From NCBI GenBank assembly GCA_963677925.2, contig CAXXYH010000003.1, positions 1,376,001 through 1,440,000 on the forward strand: a stretch of DNA of 64,000 bases, written 5' to 3'. Under the pieces are notes generated by a model that worked only from the letters and a program-made list of their open reading frames with translations, was not told the origin of the DNA and did not search any database. The translations under genes and the position numbers were made by a program. Positions 27,830-37,544 of the stretch are shown here, in pieces. This stretch comes from Spirochaetia bacterium (GTDB lineage: Bacteria > Spirochaetota > Spirochaetia > UBA9216). Numbering within the stretch: the first letter of the stretch is position 1; each line of letters begins with the position of its first letter.

Positions 27830-29407
27830 TTAAAGTGTAAAATCAAAATATTTTGAATCCATCACCTTTACGTCATCAGCTACTTGTGGTGCGAAATCCA
27901 TATTGTCTAAAATATCTTTCTGCAGATCTATTCCAGGTGCAACTTCAGTAAGCAGTAAGCCTTCTGATGTGAGCTTAAAAACACAGCGTTCGGTAATATA
28001 AATTACATCCTGCTCTTTTTCATTTGCAAACTCTCCTGAGAAAGAGATCTGTTCTACATTGCTTACGAATTTTTTAGATGTACCTTCTTTTACAATATTC
28101 AGTTTGCCGTTTTCGAATTTCAGTTCCATATCTTTTCCGTCCATGAAACTTGTAAGAAATACAACCTTATTATTTCCCTGTGTAAGATTAATAAATCCGC
28201 CGACGCCGATAATGATTTTACCGACCTTACTTACTCCAACATCTCCTGAAGGTCCAATCTGGGCCGCACCTACATATACACCGTCAAGGTTTCCCCCGTC
28301 ATAGAAATCAAACATTGAGGGCATTGTGGTAATCATCTGAGCATTTATAGTAGCACCGAAACCGGGAACAGGAAGAGGCACTCCGCCTATCAACCCAACT
28401 TCATTGGTCATGACAATGTTATCCCATTCGCCGCTCTCGGTTGCTATAGTTGAAATAAGTCCGGGTATACCAACACCAAGATTAATAACATCTCCGGTTT
28501 TTATTTCATCGTAAGCTCTTCTTGCTATGATGTACTGATCATATCGTTTTTTATTTCCGGGGATTATCGATACCATTTTCTCAATGTAAGGAACAACTTT
28601 AGCTTCAGGAAGAACACCGTCTCCGCTTAGTGCAGGCTGATTTTTTTCAAACACACACTGCATCTGGTTTGGATTGATTACCAGATAATCCACAACCTTT
28701 CCCGGAAGCTGTACTGTCTTTGCAGAGAATCTCCTTTCAGATCTTCTCTCTACCTGTACTACTACAACACCGCCATTAGCCTTGGTAGCCATAGCGATTT
28801 CTTTTGCATCAACAAATGCGGCTTCATCTGTAAAAGAAATGTTCCCTCTTTCATCAGCTGCAGTTCCAGCGATAAAAGCGATATCAATTTTCGGAGTCGT
28901 GTATTGAAGATATTCCTCACCGTCTACTTCAATAAGCTTTGAAATATCTGCTACAGATTCTGCTTTTTCATTAAGCCTCGCACCATTGTTACGCGGGTCA
29001 ACTGAAGTCTTAAGTCCAACCTGACTTATGATTGCCGGTTTTTTCCCTGCGGCAGCTCTATACAGATGTGAGATAACTCCCTGCGGCAGATTAAATCCTG
29101 CAACTTTATTTTCACCAACCATTCGTGCAAGCGAAGGCAGTGAACTGAACTGTCCCATATATACTGTATCTACAAGTCCCTCGGCATCCTGAAACATTGC
29201 ATCAGTGTACGCACCGGGACGGGCTATCCCTAAAGAAGTAGCTCCCCACAAAGTAAGCCCCTTCGGTGATTTAGTTTCCCTGTAACGATTACCTAGCGAG
29301 GTTGCAAGCAGATCCGGATTACAGACTGTGCAGACGCCATTAATTGAGATAACATCATTGTCGCTTACAAGATTTGCCGCCTCATCGGCTGAAATTATTT
29401 TTGCCAT
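27830..29407 (-). CDS. Family I acyl-CoA:acetate/propionate CoA-transferase (YdiF/Pct-like, fused)
   Basis: NLPQGVISHL.RA, GLKT.VDPR, NLGVGIP, NEVG catalytic Glu region, GGFINL, YITERCVF. Confidence 0.9.
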   Translation of the reverse strand: MAKIISADEAANLVSDNDVISINGVCTVCNPDLLATSLGNRYRETKSPKGLTLWGATSLGIARPGAYTDAMFQDAEGLVDTVYMGQFSSLPSLARMVGENKVAGFNLPQGVISHLYRAAAGKKPAIISQVGLKTSVDPRNNGARLNEKAESVADISKLIEVDGEEYLQYTTPKIDIAFIAGTAADERGNISFTDEAAFVDAKEIAMATKANGGVVVVQVERRSERRFSAKTVQLPGKVVDYLVINPNQMQCVFEKNQPALSGDGVLPEAKVVPYIEKMVSIIPGNKKRYDQYIIARRAYDEIKTGDVINLGVGIPGLISTIATESGEWDNIVMTNEVGLIGGVPLPVPGFGATINAQMITTMPSMFDFYDGGNLDGVYVGAAQIGPSGDVGVSKVGKIIIGVGGFINLTQGNNKVVFLTSFMDGKDMELKFENGKLNIVKEGTSKKFVSNVEQISFSGEFANEKEQDVIYITERCVFKLTSEGLLLTEVAPGIDLQKDILDNMDFAPQVADDVKVMDSKYFDFTL

Positions 29408-29523
29408 AGCACTCTTGTATGAGTGTCCATACAGAACCCATACTTCTCCTTATAATAGAATTCCTGAATTTTAAAATATTCATTTATTGAATCATTTACT
29501 TATCTTCAGGATGGTGCTAATAG

Positions 29524-29539
29524 TGCAATTTATATGCCA
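29524..29539 (-). promoter_or_regulatory. sigma54 -24/-12 promoter of the CoA-pathway operon
   Basis: TGGCAT-ATAAA-TTGCA; 15/16 identical to the GRE promoter. Confidence 0.9.
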
Positions 29540-29699
29540 GTTTTCATTTTGGATTTTAAATGACGAAGGTTTCTTTAATATTTAATATATTTTAATCTGA
29601 TTTTTGTGATTTTAAGGCTTTATTCCTGTTTAAGTTTTTTTATGTATCTTTTTTTTATTTATAAATGTAACATCTGTAATTTTAACACAATAAAGGCGT

Positions 29700-29729
29700 T
29701 TAACATTTTGAAACACTTTGCAACATTAA
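29700..29729. promoter_or_regulatory. Putative upstream activator sequence (three 10-bp repeats)
   Basis: TTAACATTTT GAAACACTTT GCAACATTAA; offset 176 bp from its promoter versus 175 bp at the GRE promoter. Confidence 0.65.
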
Positions 29730-29730
29730 T

Positions 29731-29769
29731 AAAAAAAAGCTTATTGTAAATATTCATTACAATAAGCTT
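29731..29769 (-). terminator. Intrinsic terminator of the enhancer-binding protein gene
   Basis: AAGCTTATTGTAA-N7-TTACAATAAGCTT stem followed by a T run on the minus strand. Confidence 0.75.
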
Positions 29770-29795
29770 CTTGTTTAGCTTTTTTTAGCTTTTTA

Positions 29796-31235
29796 TCACT
29801 TATGAATTAATAAATCTTCAGAATCTTCAGTTTTTAAAAGTTTCCTGTATAACGTAGTTCGTGATATCCCAAGTTTTTCAGCAGCAGCCTTCCTGTTTCC
29901 GTTAGTTTCAACCAATGCTTCAAGTATTTTTTCCCGCTCAATGTGTTTGTATTCATCTATAACTGCACGTTCATCAAAAGAATTATCCGGACTTTCCCGT
30001 CTTCTCACATCCGCCATAATCATATCTTCTCCTATGAGAAGATTTTCAAGCAGTACAGGAGTAATTAAACTTCTTTCCGTAAGAACAACAATTTTTTCAA
30101 TTATATTTCTCAATTCCCTGACATTTCCGGGCCAGGAATAATTCTCGAAATATTTATAAGTATCCTTTGATAACTGAACATATTTATTATACAAGTTATT
30201 TAATATAGCAATGTAATGTTTTGCCAGCGGAATTATGTCTTCTTTCCTCTCACGGAGGGGTGGAATATCAATAAATATTACACCGATTCGGTATAGTAAA
30301 TCTTCCCTGAAAAGATTTTCCCTTACCATCTTTTTTAAATCTTTATTTGTGGCTGCAATAAAACGTACGTTCAGCTCAATTGTTTTAACACCGCCTACTC
30401 TTGTAAATTTCCTGCTTTCAAGGACTCTCAGCAATTTAACCTGAAGATCCATAGGAATATCACCAATCTCATCAAGAAAAACAGTCCCTCCTTCGGCAGA
30501 TTCAAGTAGACCTATATGTCCTGAATTTGATGCACTGGTAAAAGCTCCTTTCTCATAACCAAATAATTCAGACTCCATTAAAGAAGGTGACATTTGAGGA
30601 ATACAGACAGGAACAAAAGGCTTCTCTTTACGGGGGCTGTTTTCGTGAAGAAGTTTGGCAATAATCTCTTTCCCCACTCCCGACTCGCCGGTTATTACAA
30701 CGCTGGCATCAGAAGCAGCTATTTTCATTGTATTCTTAACAATGCGCTTCATTAGTTCATCTTCAAAAACCGGTGTATTGTGTTTTCTAAGAAGATAATC
30801 ATAAAGATATTCATTTGATTTCTGTAAATAGGTCATATTATGCCGAAGTTTATCAACATCTTCCATCAACTCATCAGCAACCATGCAATAAGTAACGACT
30901 GTCTTTACTTTATTATTTTCATCCTTAACCACTTTACTATGCGAGTATACCCATTGGTCGTCTATAGCATGAAAGAGTTCCTTTGAATCTTCTCCAATCC
31001 GGAACGCCTTTTCACTGGCTGAAGAATTGTAATACTTTTCTTTAATTAAATCAGTAGAGCCTTTTCCTTCGACATCTGAGGGATTCAGTCTTAAGTGTTT
31101 AAGAAACTGTTCACTGACACAAAGGAATTTACCATCAGCTCCCCGAACGGTTATAGGTATCATTTCAGATAATTTATTGAGAATCAATTTGTTTATTTCG
31201 TTAATTTCACTTTCAGTCATCCTAAAATAATTCAT
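29796..31235 (-). CDS. sigma54-dependent enhancer-binding protein (PAS-like / AAA+ / Fis HTH)
   Basis: ITGESGVGKE, ESELFGYEKGAFTSA, FLDEIG, FREDLLYR, WPGNVREL, AAEKLGISRTTLYRKL. Confidence 0.95.
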   Translation of the reverse strand: MNYFRMTESEINEINKLILNKLSEMIPITVRGADGKFLCVSEQFLKHLRLNPSDVEGKGSTDLIKEKYYNSSASEKAFRIGEDSKELFHAIDDQWVYSHSKVVKDENNKVKTVVTYCMVADELMEDVDKLRHNMTYLQKSNEYLYDYLLRKHNTPVFEDELMKRIVKNTMKIAASDASVVITGESGVGKEIIAKLLHENSPRKEKPFVPVCIPQMSPSLMESELFGYEKGAFTSASNSGHIGLLESAEGGTVFLDEIGDIPMDLQVKLLRVLESRKFTRVGGVKTIELNVRFIAATNKDLKKMVRENLFREDLLYRIGVIFIDIPPLRERKEDIIPLAKHYIAILNNLYNKYVQLSKDTYKYFENYSWPGNVRELRNIIEKIVVLTERSLITPVLLENLLIGEDMIMADVRRRESPDNSFDERAVIDEYKHIEREKILEALVETNGNRKAAAEKLGISRTTLYRKLLKTEDSEDLLIHK

Positions 31236-31335
31236 AAGACATCCAAGAACTCCAGTGTTATTGTAAAATTACACGGACATTATAGCACGCCTTTTTTTAT
31301 CTGTTAATTTTTTCTTATAGATTCTAATATTTATT

Positions 31336-31953
31336 TCATGCAATAAAAATATTAAATATTACTATAATACCAAGTATAACAAGAAGACTTCCAAGCAAAT
31401 AATTTAAGACTGTATATATCTTTACTGTTATAAATCTTCTAAAAACCACAACAAGAAGACTTAAACCGCTCCACCAGAAAACAGTACCCGTAATTATCCC
31501 GCAGATCAAAAGTATTCCATTTTGAACAGAAAGGTTGTCGCTGACATTGAAAGCAGCAAAAGCTACGAGAAAAGAAAGTATAGTAGCCGGATTCATAATT
31601 GCAATTAAAAATGAAATAGAAAACTGCTTTGACAGTCCTTTTACAGATACATCTTCAGATTTTTTAATTTCCTTTTTTCGGAAATTAAGCATCCCCATGA
31701 TTATTAAGACCAGAGCACCTGCTATCCCAAACTCAGAACTGAACTTAAGCAAAAAATCTGAAATTATGGAAACACTGAATACGGTTAAAATTGAATAGAA
31801 AAGATCCGCGGCTGAGGATCCAAGTCCTGTAAACAGACCGGACAGAAACCCGTTCCTTAAAGTATTGTTTATCGTTAATACACCAATAGCTCCGGCAGGG
31901 ACTCCGAAGACTATTCCCATTAACAACCCCCTGACAAAATAACTTGCTATCAT
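31336..31953 (-). CDS. LysE-family translocator
   Basis: P.GAIGVL..GF.SG..TGLG..AD..Y; NPATI; hydrophobic. Confidence 0.85.
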   Translation of the reverse strand: MIASYFVRGLLMGIVFGVPAGAIGVLTINNTLRNGFLSGLFTGLGSSAADLFYSILTVFSVSIISDFLLKFSSEFGIAGALVLIIMGMLNFRKKEIKKSEDVSVKGLSKQFSISFLIAIMNPATILSFLVAFAAFNVSDNLSVQNGILLICGIITGTVFWWSGLSLLVVVFRRFITVKIYTVLNYLLGSLLVILGIIVIFNIFIA

Positions 31954-31964
31954 AATTTATACGA

Positions 31965-34313
31965 TCAAACCCTTGCGATCAGGGAATTCATTTCTGCCCT
32001 TCGAATTCTATCTGAGATAAAATATGAAAAAAGTGTAAAGCACAATGTAATTATTAATACCGGCAGAATAGCGGCTGTGAAGCCGGGATGTGAGTTGAAT
32101 CCGCTGACTCCTGCAAAACGCATTATAACATCTACAATAGGATCAGTTAAAACACTACTCAGAAGTGCTCCGAAAAAAGCCCCTAAAAATGACACTATTA
32201 AAAATCTAAGAGCAAATGAGATTCGCAGACTATGGACCGAAAAACCCAACACACGATAGACAGCAATGTCATGCTGTTCTCTTTTCAGTATTTTATTCCC
32301 GCTTAATATTACTGCAGTAAAAATCACAGCAGCAGCAATAATATACATAAATATCATCAGCAACCTCATGGCACTGATAATTCCATAGAGGCCGGGCCAG
32401 CCGTTTTCATGGACATGAATATCAGCTCTGTAGCGCTGCTCAAGTTCTTCCATCAAAGGAATTCTCATATCAGGCTTTTCAAGAAAATAATGAACACACC
32501 AGATTGCAGGATTATCAAATGCTATTTTAAGATATCCCTGGCGGCTTAAGCCGAAGTTGTCACCCATATCATTAGCACACTGATAAAATCCGGTTACAAT
32601 ATATTCTTCTGAGCCTTTGGCAGCAGAAAGAGTTACTGTATCTCCTATTTCAGCACCAATGTCAGAGGCAAGAAATTCGGTAAGAACGACTTCATCATCT
32701 CCTGTTCCCGCCCGGCCTTTCAGTATGTGAAGACGGCTGGGTTCAGTTATAATATTGGCTGTATAGTTTACTCCGTTTAAAGCAACACTTTCCATTGCAA
32801 GCTCATAAGTATCGGTTATAGGACTGAATTCTGTAATAAGCGATTCAATTTCTTCGCGTTCAAGATCACTGAAAATCTGAACTCCCAAATCATGTTCGGC
32901 AGGATTAAAGGCATCCATTAAGCCTTCTCCATTTGGACCAATCCATGAATCGATTCTTCCGATTAATGAAGAAAAGAAAACAAGAAGCAGGGCAATAAAC
33001 AAAGCGCTAAGATAATTCATTTTACCGGAAAGGACCTGACGTAAAGCAAGCCTGACTCTAAAAAAGGATTTCCCCAGTGAAAAATAATTTCTGCCCTTAT
33101 AATCTTCAAGCCCCTGCCTTATTGCCTTGACAGGCTCGATTAGAGCAACTGGGCGGGTACGAAAAAATAAGAAAAGCAAAACCAGAGAGAGCTGTGCCGT
33201 AAAGCCTAACAATATAATAGGTAATGGCAGATTTGGAGGAATAAGAATTCCGGAGGTTGTCAGCATCATACGAATTGCCACGGCAGAAGCTGCAGGGGAT
33301 AATACAAGACCTGCGCCTGCAGCAAGAATAACAGGAAGAATAAATTGAATTATAAGTACGCTCCTCAGATGTCTGCCGGAATAACCTATTGTTTTCATAA
33401 TACTCAAGCTGGCTTTTTCTTCAGTAATTGAACTGCTTATGGCATGACCCATTACAATAAAGGCTGTAACCAGGAGAACAATCGTAAAGGCAATCAGAAG
33501 AGCTGAGAAAATATTCTGAAGTATCAGCATAAAACCGACAAGGACTTCACGGCTGTGAGTGAACTCAGTATATTTTGGCAGATCGGTATGTTCATTAATA
33601 ATTCTGTTGAGATCTGCAATTGAAATATCATCCTTTTTATTTTTTACAACATGGAGCATTAAACCATTTCTTGCCAGAGAGTCTATACCGTAAGAATCTG
33701 CAGAACCAATGATATTTTCATAATCAGTATCACTTATCAGAAAACTCTTCATCCCTATCATAGAACTGCCCATAAACGGATCTTCAAAAAAACCTTTTAT
33801 TTTAAATGAGTAAACAACACCGTTTCTTGCAATTATAAAATCAATTTGATCATCAATTCCTGCTCCGAAAATTGTAACCATAGATGGAGAAACATAAATT
33901 TCACCGGGAATTATTTCTTCAGGAGCCTTTCTATAATCCGACAAATCATCAGAAATAAATTTATATGAAAAAGAGGAGGGAGTATAAGTTATCAACTGAC
34001 CCTCGCTATCGGATTCCTGTTCAAGGATTTCATAGTCAGAGATTATTATTTTCTGTCCGGAAATTGAATCTACTTCTTTCAGTGCTTCTATATCATTTAT
34101 TAAATTATCATTTTCAGAAAAACCGGTAATCCATAAGGTTAAATCTCCGAAACCGAGACGCTTCATCTCATTCAGTACATATGTACCGGAATTTATTCGT
34201 ATTGTGACAACTGATGCCCCGGCAATTGTAATAATCAGCATCAGAATGAAAATACTGAAAAGACTAAGTCTGTGAGCCTTAAGTCCGGAATTAAAAAAGG
34301 TTAGATTACGCAT
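31965..34313 (-). CDS. ABC exporter permease, FtsX/MacB-like (two FtsX domains)
   Basis: Two repeats of TM + periplasmic domain + MKTIGYS / YRVLGFS motif. Confidence 0.85.
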   Translation of the reverse strand: MRNLTFFNSGLKAHRLSLFSIFILMLIITIAGASVVTIRINSGTYVLNEMKRLGFGDLTLWITGFSENDNLINDIEALKEVDSISGQKIIISDYEILEQESDSEGQLITYTPSSFSYKFISDDLSDYRKAPEEIIPGEIYVSPSMVTIFGAGIDDQIDFIIARNGVVYSFKIKGFFEDPFMGSSMIGMKSFLISDTDYENIIGSADSYGIDSLARNGLMLHVVKNKKDDISIADLNRIINEHTDLPKYTEFTHSREVLVGFMLILQNIFSALLIAFTIVLLVTAFIVMGHAISSSITEEKASLSIMKTIGYSGRHLRSVLIIQFILPVILAAGAGLVLSPAASAVAIRMMLTTSGILIPPNLPLPIILLGFTAQLSLVLLFLFFRTRPVALIEPVKAIRQGLEDYKGRNYFSLGKSFFRVRLALRQVLSGKMNYLSALFIALLLVFFSSLIGRIDSWIGPNGEGLMDAFNPAEHDLGVQIFSDLEREEIESLITEFSPITDTYELAMESVALNGVNYTANIITEPSRLHILKGRAGTGDDEVVLTEFLASDIGAEIGDTVTLSAAKGSEEYIVTGFYQCANDMGDNFGLSRQGYLKIAFDNPAIWCVHYFLEKPDMRIPLMEELEQRYRADIHVHENGWPGLYGIISAMRLLMIFMYIIAAAVIFTAVILSGNKILKREQHDIAVYRVLGFSVHSLRISFALRFLIVSFLGAFFGALLSSVLTDPIVDVIMRFAGVSGFNSHPGFTAAILPVLIITLCFTLFSYFISDRIRRAEMNSLIARV

Positions 34314-34325
34314 CCGATTTATTCC

Positions 34326-35087
34326 TTACCATGAAAGGCCGGACAACCAGTTATTAACGTGCTTCTCACGTTCTTTTTCCAGACTGATATCAAATGAAGG
34401 CATTTTCATTTCTGCAACAATGTGTCCATCTTCGAGATACAGGATTCTTGTTCCTCTGACCGCAGCCCTTACATCATGAGTAGCAAGGAGTATGCTATGC
34501 GATTTTTTATGTAAGTTTATCAGAATATCAAAAACTTTATCTGAACTGCTGCGATTTAAAGCACCGGTAGGTTCGTCAGCAAACAGCAGTCCCGGTTCAT
34601 TTATCACAGCCCTGGCTATTGCGGCACGTTGTGATTCACCTCCGGAGGTCTGATAAGGCAGTCTGGCTCCTGCAGCACTGACATCCATTTCATTTAGTAT
34701 CCGGAGAGCATTTTCAGTAATCTCTTTTTCGGTCTTATTCTTATCGAGGTATCCGGCAACAGCCACGTTCTCAAACAGGCTGAGATTAGTAATGAGATGA
34801 GTCTGCTGAAAAATAAAGCCGAATTCTTTTGCCCGCAGTTCAGTCATCTTTTTTTCTGAATAGAGGCTTATTTCTTTATCTCTAAAAAAGATACTACCAG
34901 ATGTAATTTTATCAAGTCCGCTTAATGCATACAGAAGTGTGGATTTGCCTGCACCGGACGGCCCCATTATTACAGTAAAATCACCAGTGTAAATTTCAAG
35001 ATCTATATTATTTAAAACAGGGTTTACCCTGGTTCCCTGACGGAAAGATTTACAGATATTCAATCCCTTTATAAGAACATCTTTCAT
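34326..35087 (-). CDS. ABC transporter ATP-binding protein (LolD/MacB-like)
   Basis: GPSGAGKST, SGGESQR, FADEPTGALN, THD. Confidence 0.95.
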   Translation of the reverse strand: MKDVLIKGLNICKSFRQGTRVNPVLNNIDLEIYTGDFTVIMGPSGAGKSTLLYALSGLDKITSGSIFFRDKEISLYSEKKMTELRAKEFGFIFQQTHLITNLSLFENVAVAGYLDKNKTEKEITENALRILNEMDVSAAGARLPYQTSGGESQRAAIARAVINEPGLLFADEPTGALNRSSSDKVFDILINLHKKSHSILLATHDVRAAVRGTRILYLEDGHIVAEMKMPSFDISLEKEREKHVNNWLSGLSW

Positions 35088-36451
35088 ATAACACTCCGAT
35101 CAGATTGCTGATCTATAATCAGCCTTTTTTTTCCTGTCTCGGGATCGGGCTGTATTTCAGAAGCGAATTGTATAGAAAAATCGACATATTGCAGATTTTT
35201 CTCTTTAAGAAGTTCATCCATCCGTATAATCATTTCAGTTTTTACACCGTCCCGCTTTTTTTCTTCAGGAACAACTGCCAGCATGGTAAAACCGGAGACG
35301 GAGTTTTTAATAAATTGATAATCCAGAAGCCCGTCGATGCAAAAACCCTCAATAGAAAGGGGATGAAGAAAATCTGCACTTCTCTGCTCACTTCTGAACC
35401 ATAGAACATCTTCATCACGGCTGAGAAGCACCTTCACAAGTGTAAAAGGATATTTTTGGTAAACTGAATTATCGACAGGGAGAAGCTTATCTGAAATTTT
35501 ATATCTTATTAGGGGCTGAATAAAATTGTAAAGTGATGTCAGGTATATGCCGTCATCCTGAATCTCAATATAATTTAAATCATCAAACAGATACATTCCC
35601 TCTTTTGCAGAAGTCTCAACGCCCATTGCAAGCGATTCACTTGCACCATAAACATTAATTATAATTTTACAGAAAACTTCTTCATAGTATGAACGCATTC
35701 CAGTGCTGAGAGGTTCTCCGCAGGAAATAACCCTGCTAACATCAAGTCTTACATCTTCCTGTTTTTTTATATCTGCAAGAATTTTTAAAGCAGATGGATA
35801 CCCGATAATAATGTTTGGATTAAATTTTTCAATCTTATCTTTCCATTCAGGAAGCGGTGTATTAACATCTATAAATAAACGCTTCCCCTTAAGACTGTCA
35901 ACTCCTCCACCGACAGCCATTGCTCCGCCGTAACGCCCGTTTACTGCAGCTATATAAAGTATCCGTATTCCACCAGCCAGCACCTTTAATAGGCCTGGAA
36001 TCGAAAGATCCCATGCTGCTGCTCTGATTATTCCCAGAAGCATTTTATTCCAGGCTTCATCATCATATAAAAAATATCTTGGTGTTCCTGTACTGCCCGA
36101 TGAGTGGACAATGTAGTATTTATCCTGAAACAAGCCCTTGTCTACCGAAGCTTCTTCATCAAATTTACGAAGAGCATTCTGCGACACACCATCAACCGTA
36201 ACTACCAGATCAAAATTATTCATCAATGTTTCTTTATCAATAATAGGGAAATCAGAAAGCGGACGGCTATCAATCTGGTCACCGTAAATTCCTGCCTTTT
36301 GAAATGCTTTCCGGTAATAAGGAGAATTAGCATAAGCATGCTTCAGCATTGTTCTTAATTTTTTCTCACGTAGTTTTATTACTTGGTTCCGATTTTTGCT
36401 CATATTGTTTTTCATAACAAACAAACTTGAGAGCAATTTTATAAAGTTCAT
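35084..36451 (-). CDS. Phenylacetate-CoA-ligase-like (PaaK/F390 synthetase family) adenylate-forming enzyme
   Basis: SSGSTGTP, GYPS, YGASE, PLIRY. Confidence 0.8.
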   Translation of the reverse strand: MNFIKLLSSLFVMKNNMSKNRNQVIKLREKKLRTMLKHAYANSPYYRKAFQKAGIYGDQIDSRPLSDFPIIDKETLMNNFDLVVTVDGVSQNALRKFDEEASVDKGLFQDKYYIVHSSGSTGTPRYFLYDDEAWNKMLLGIIRAAAWDLSIPGLLKVLAGGIRILYIAAVNGRYGGAMAVGGGVDSLKGKRLFIDVNTPLPEWKDKIEKFNPNIIIGYPSALKILADIKKQEDVRLDVSRVISCGEPLSTGMRSYYEEVFCKIIINVYGASESLAMGVETSAKEGMYLFDDLNYIEIQDDGIYLTSLYNFIQPLIRYKISDKLLPVDNSVYQKYPFTLVKVLLSRDEDVLWFRSEQRSADFLHPLSIEGFCIDGLLDYQFIKNSVSGFTMLAVVPEEKKRDGVKTEMIIRMDELLKEKNLQYVDFSIQFASEIQPDPETGKKRLIIDQQSDRSVI

Positions 36452-37542
36452 CAGAGATCTCCATTCAGGTAAAATGAATAACTTTTAGTATAGTCTTCTC
36501 TGTGAAAGTATTGAGCTTTAAGATTTTCCTGATCGAATACAATACTCCATTCAGTTGAAAGAAACTCTTCAAAGTTTTTTTTGCTTACCCTGCTGAGCGC
36601 ATCTCTTACATCGGCTTCATTCATGCTGTAATTATTATTAATTATTTCATCAAGTATCCGATATCGTTCATGCGACTGAGCCGAACCTATCCCCTGCTTT
36701 TCACCTTCTGCCAAATAAAAATTAGTTAGAATTGGAGTATCAATAATTTTCATTTCATTATTCACATATTCAACAGCAACACTCCGTCCGGACGCATCGG
36801 CTATTGCAAAATGGACCATATATCCGAATGAAGCATGAAGATCATATGAGTCCAGAAGATTCAATGCTTCATCAACATCTGATGCCTTATCCAGAAGAAG
36901 CCGTATCAGGGTTGATGTGGTGATGTCAGGTTTTGCACTACGCTGATCAATTGTTGTAGAATAATCTTCTATCATATTAACTGCAACACAAAGCCCCTTC
37001 TCATTCATTCCATCCAGCGGAGCATATAAGGAGGCGACAGCAAGGATTCTATCCGGCATCAAATTAAACATAACACCGGTTTCTTGTCTGATAAAATCCA
37101 TATTGACTGTGGAAATGGAACCATAGCCATTGTCCGGAAGAGATTGCACCACCATAATATCGCATTTCATCCAGTCGAAATTTCGTCCGAATAAATAGCC
37201 TCCATCCAATGAAGATACAGAAATTGTGCTGCACCCGAACACGGAACCTTCAAAGCTCAGACCTTCAGCTTCGGAAAGCAGATTTTCCGTAAGAAAATTA
37301 AGAACCTTCTCATCGGAGTCTGCTCCGCCTCTGCTTAAAAAGTAATCAAACCCGTAGTCACCCTGGTATAAAACAGTTGTAAAACCATTCTCTACCTTTC
37401 GTATTTTTGTTTCAGGTATTATTTTCATGTCAGCATATTCGATCTGAGTATCTTCTTTGCTGTTTTCAAAATTACCGGCGGCGCTTAAAAGGGACACACT
37501 TAAAATAAATACGCTGACTGAAAATAAAAATAATCTGTACAT
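36451..37542 (-). CDS. Exported Ntn cysteine hydrolase (choloylglycine hydrolase / acyl-CoA:6-APA acyltransferase-like)
   Basis: Signal peptide; FG|CSTI processing site, GRNFDW, DGMNEKGL, TNF. Confidence 0.82.
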   Translation of the reverse strand: MYRLFLFSVSVFILSVSLLSAAGNFENSKEDTQIEYADMKIIPETKIRKVENGFTTVLYQGDYGFDYFLSRGGADSDEKVLNFLTENLLSEAEGLSFEGSVFGCSTISVSSLDGGYLFGRNFDWMKCDIMVVQSLPDNGYGSISTVNMDFIRQETGVMFNLMPDRILAVASLYAPLDGMNEKGLCVAVNMIEDYSTTIDQRSAKPDITTSTLIRLLLDKASDVDEALNLLDSYDLHASFGYMVHFAIADASGRSVAVEYVNNEMKIIDTPILTNFYLAEGEKQGIGSAQSHERYRILDEIINNNYSMNEADVRDALSRVSKKNFEEFLSTEWSIVFDQENLKAQYFHREDYTKSYSFYLNGDL

Positions 37543-37544
37543 AC

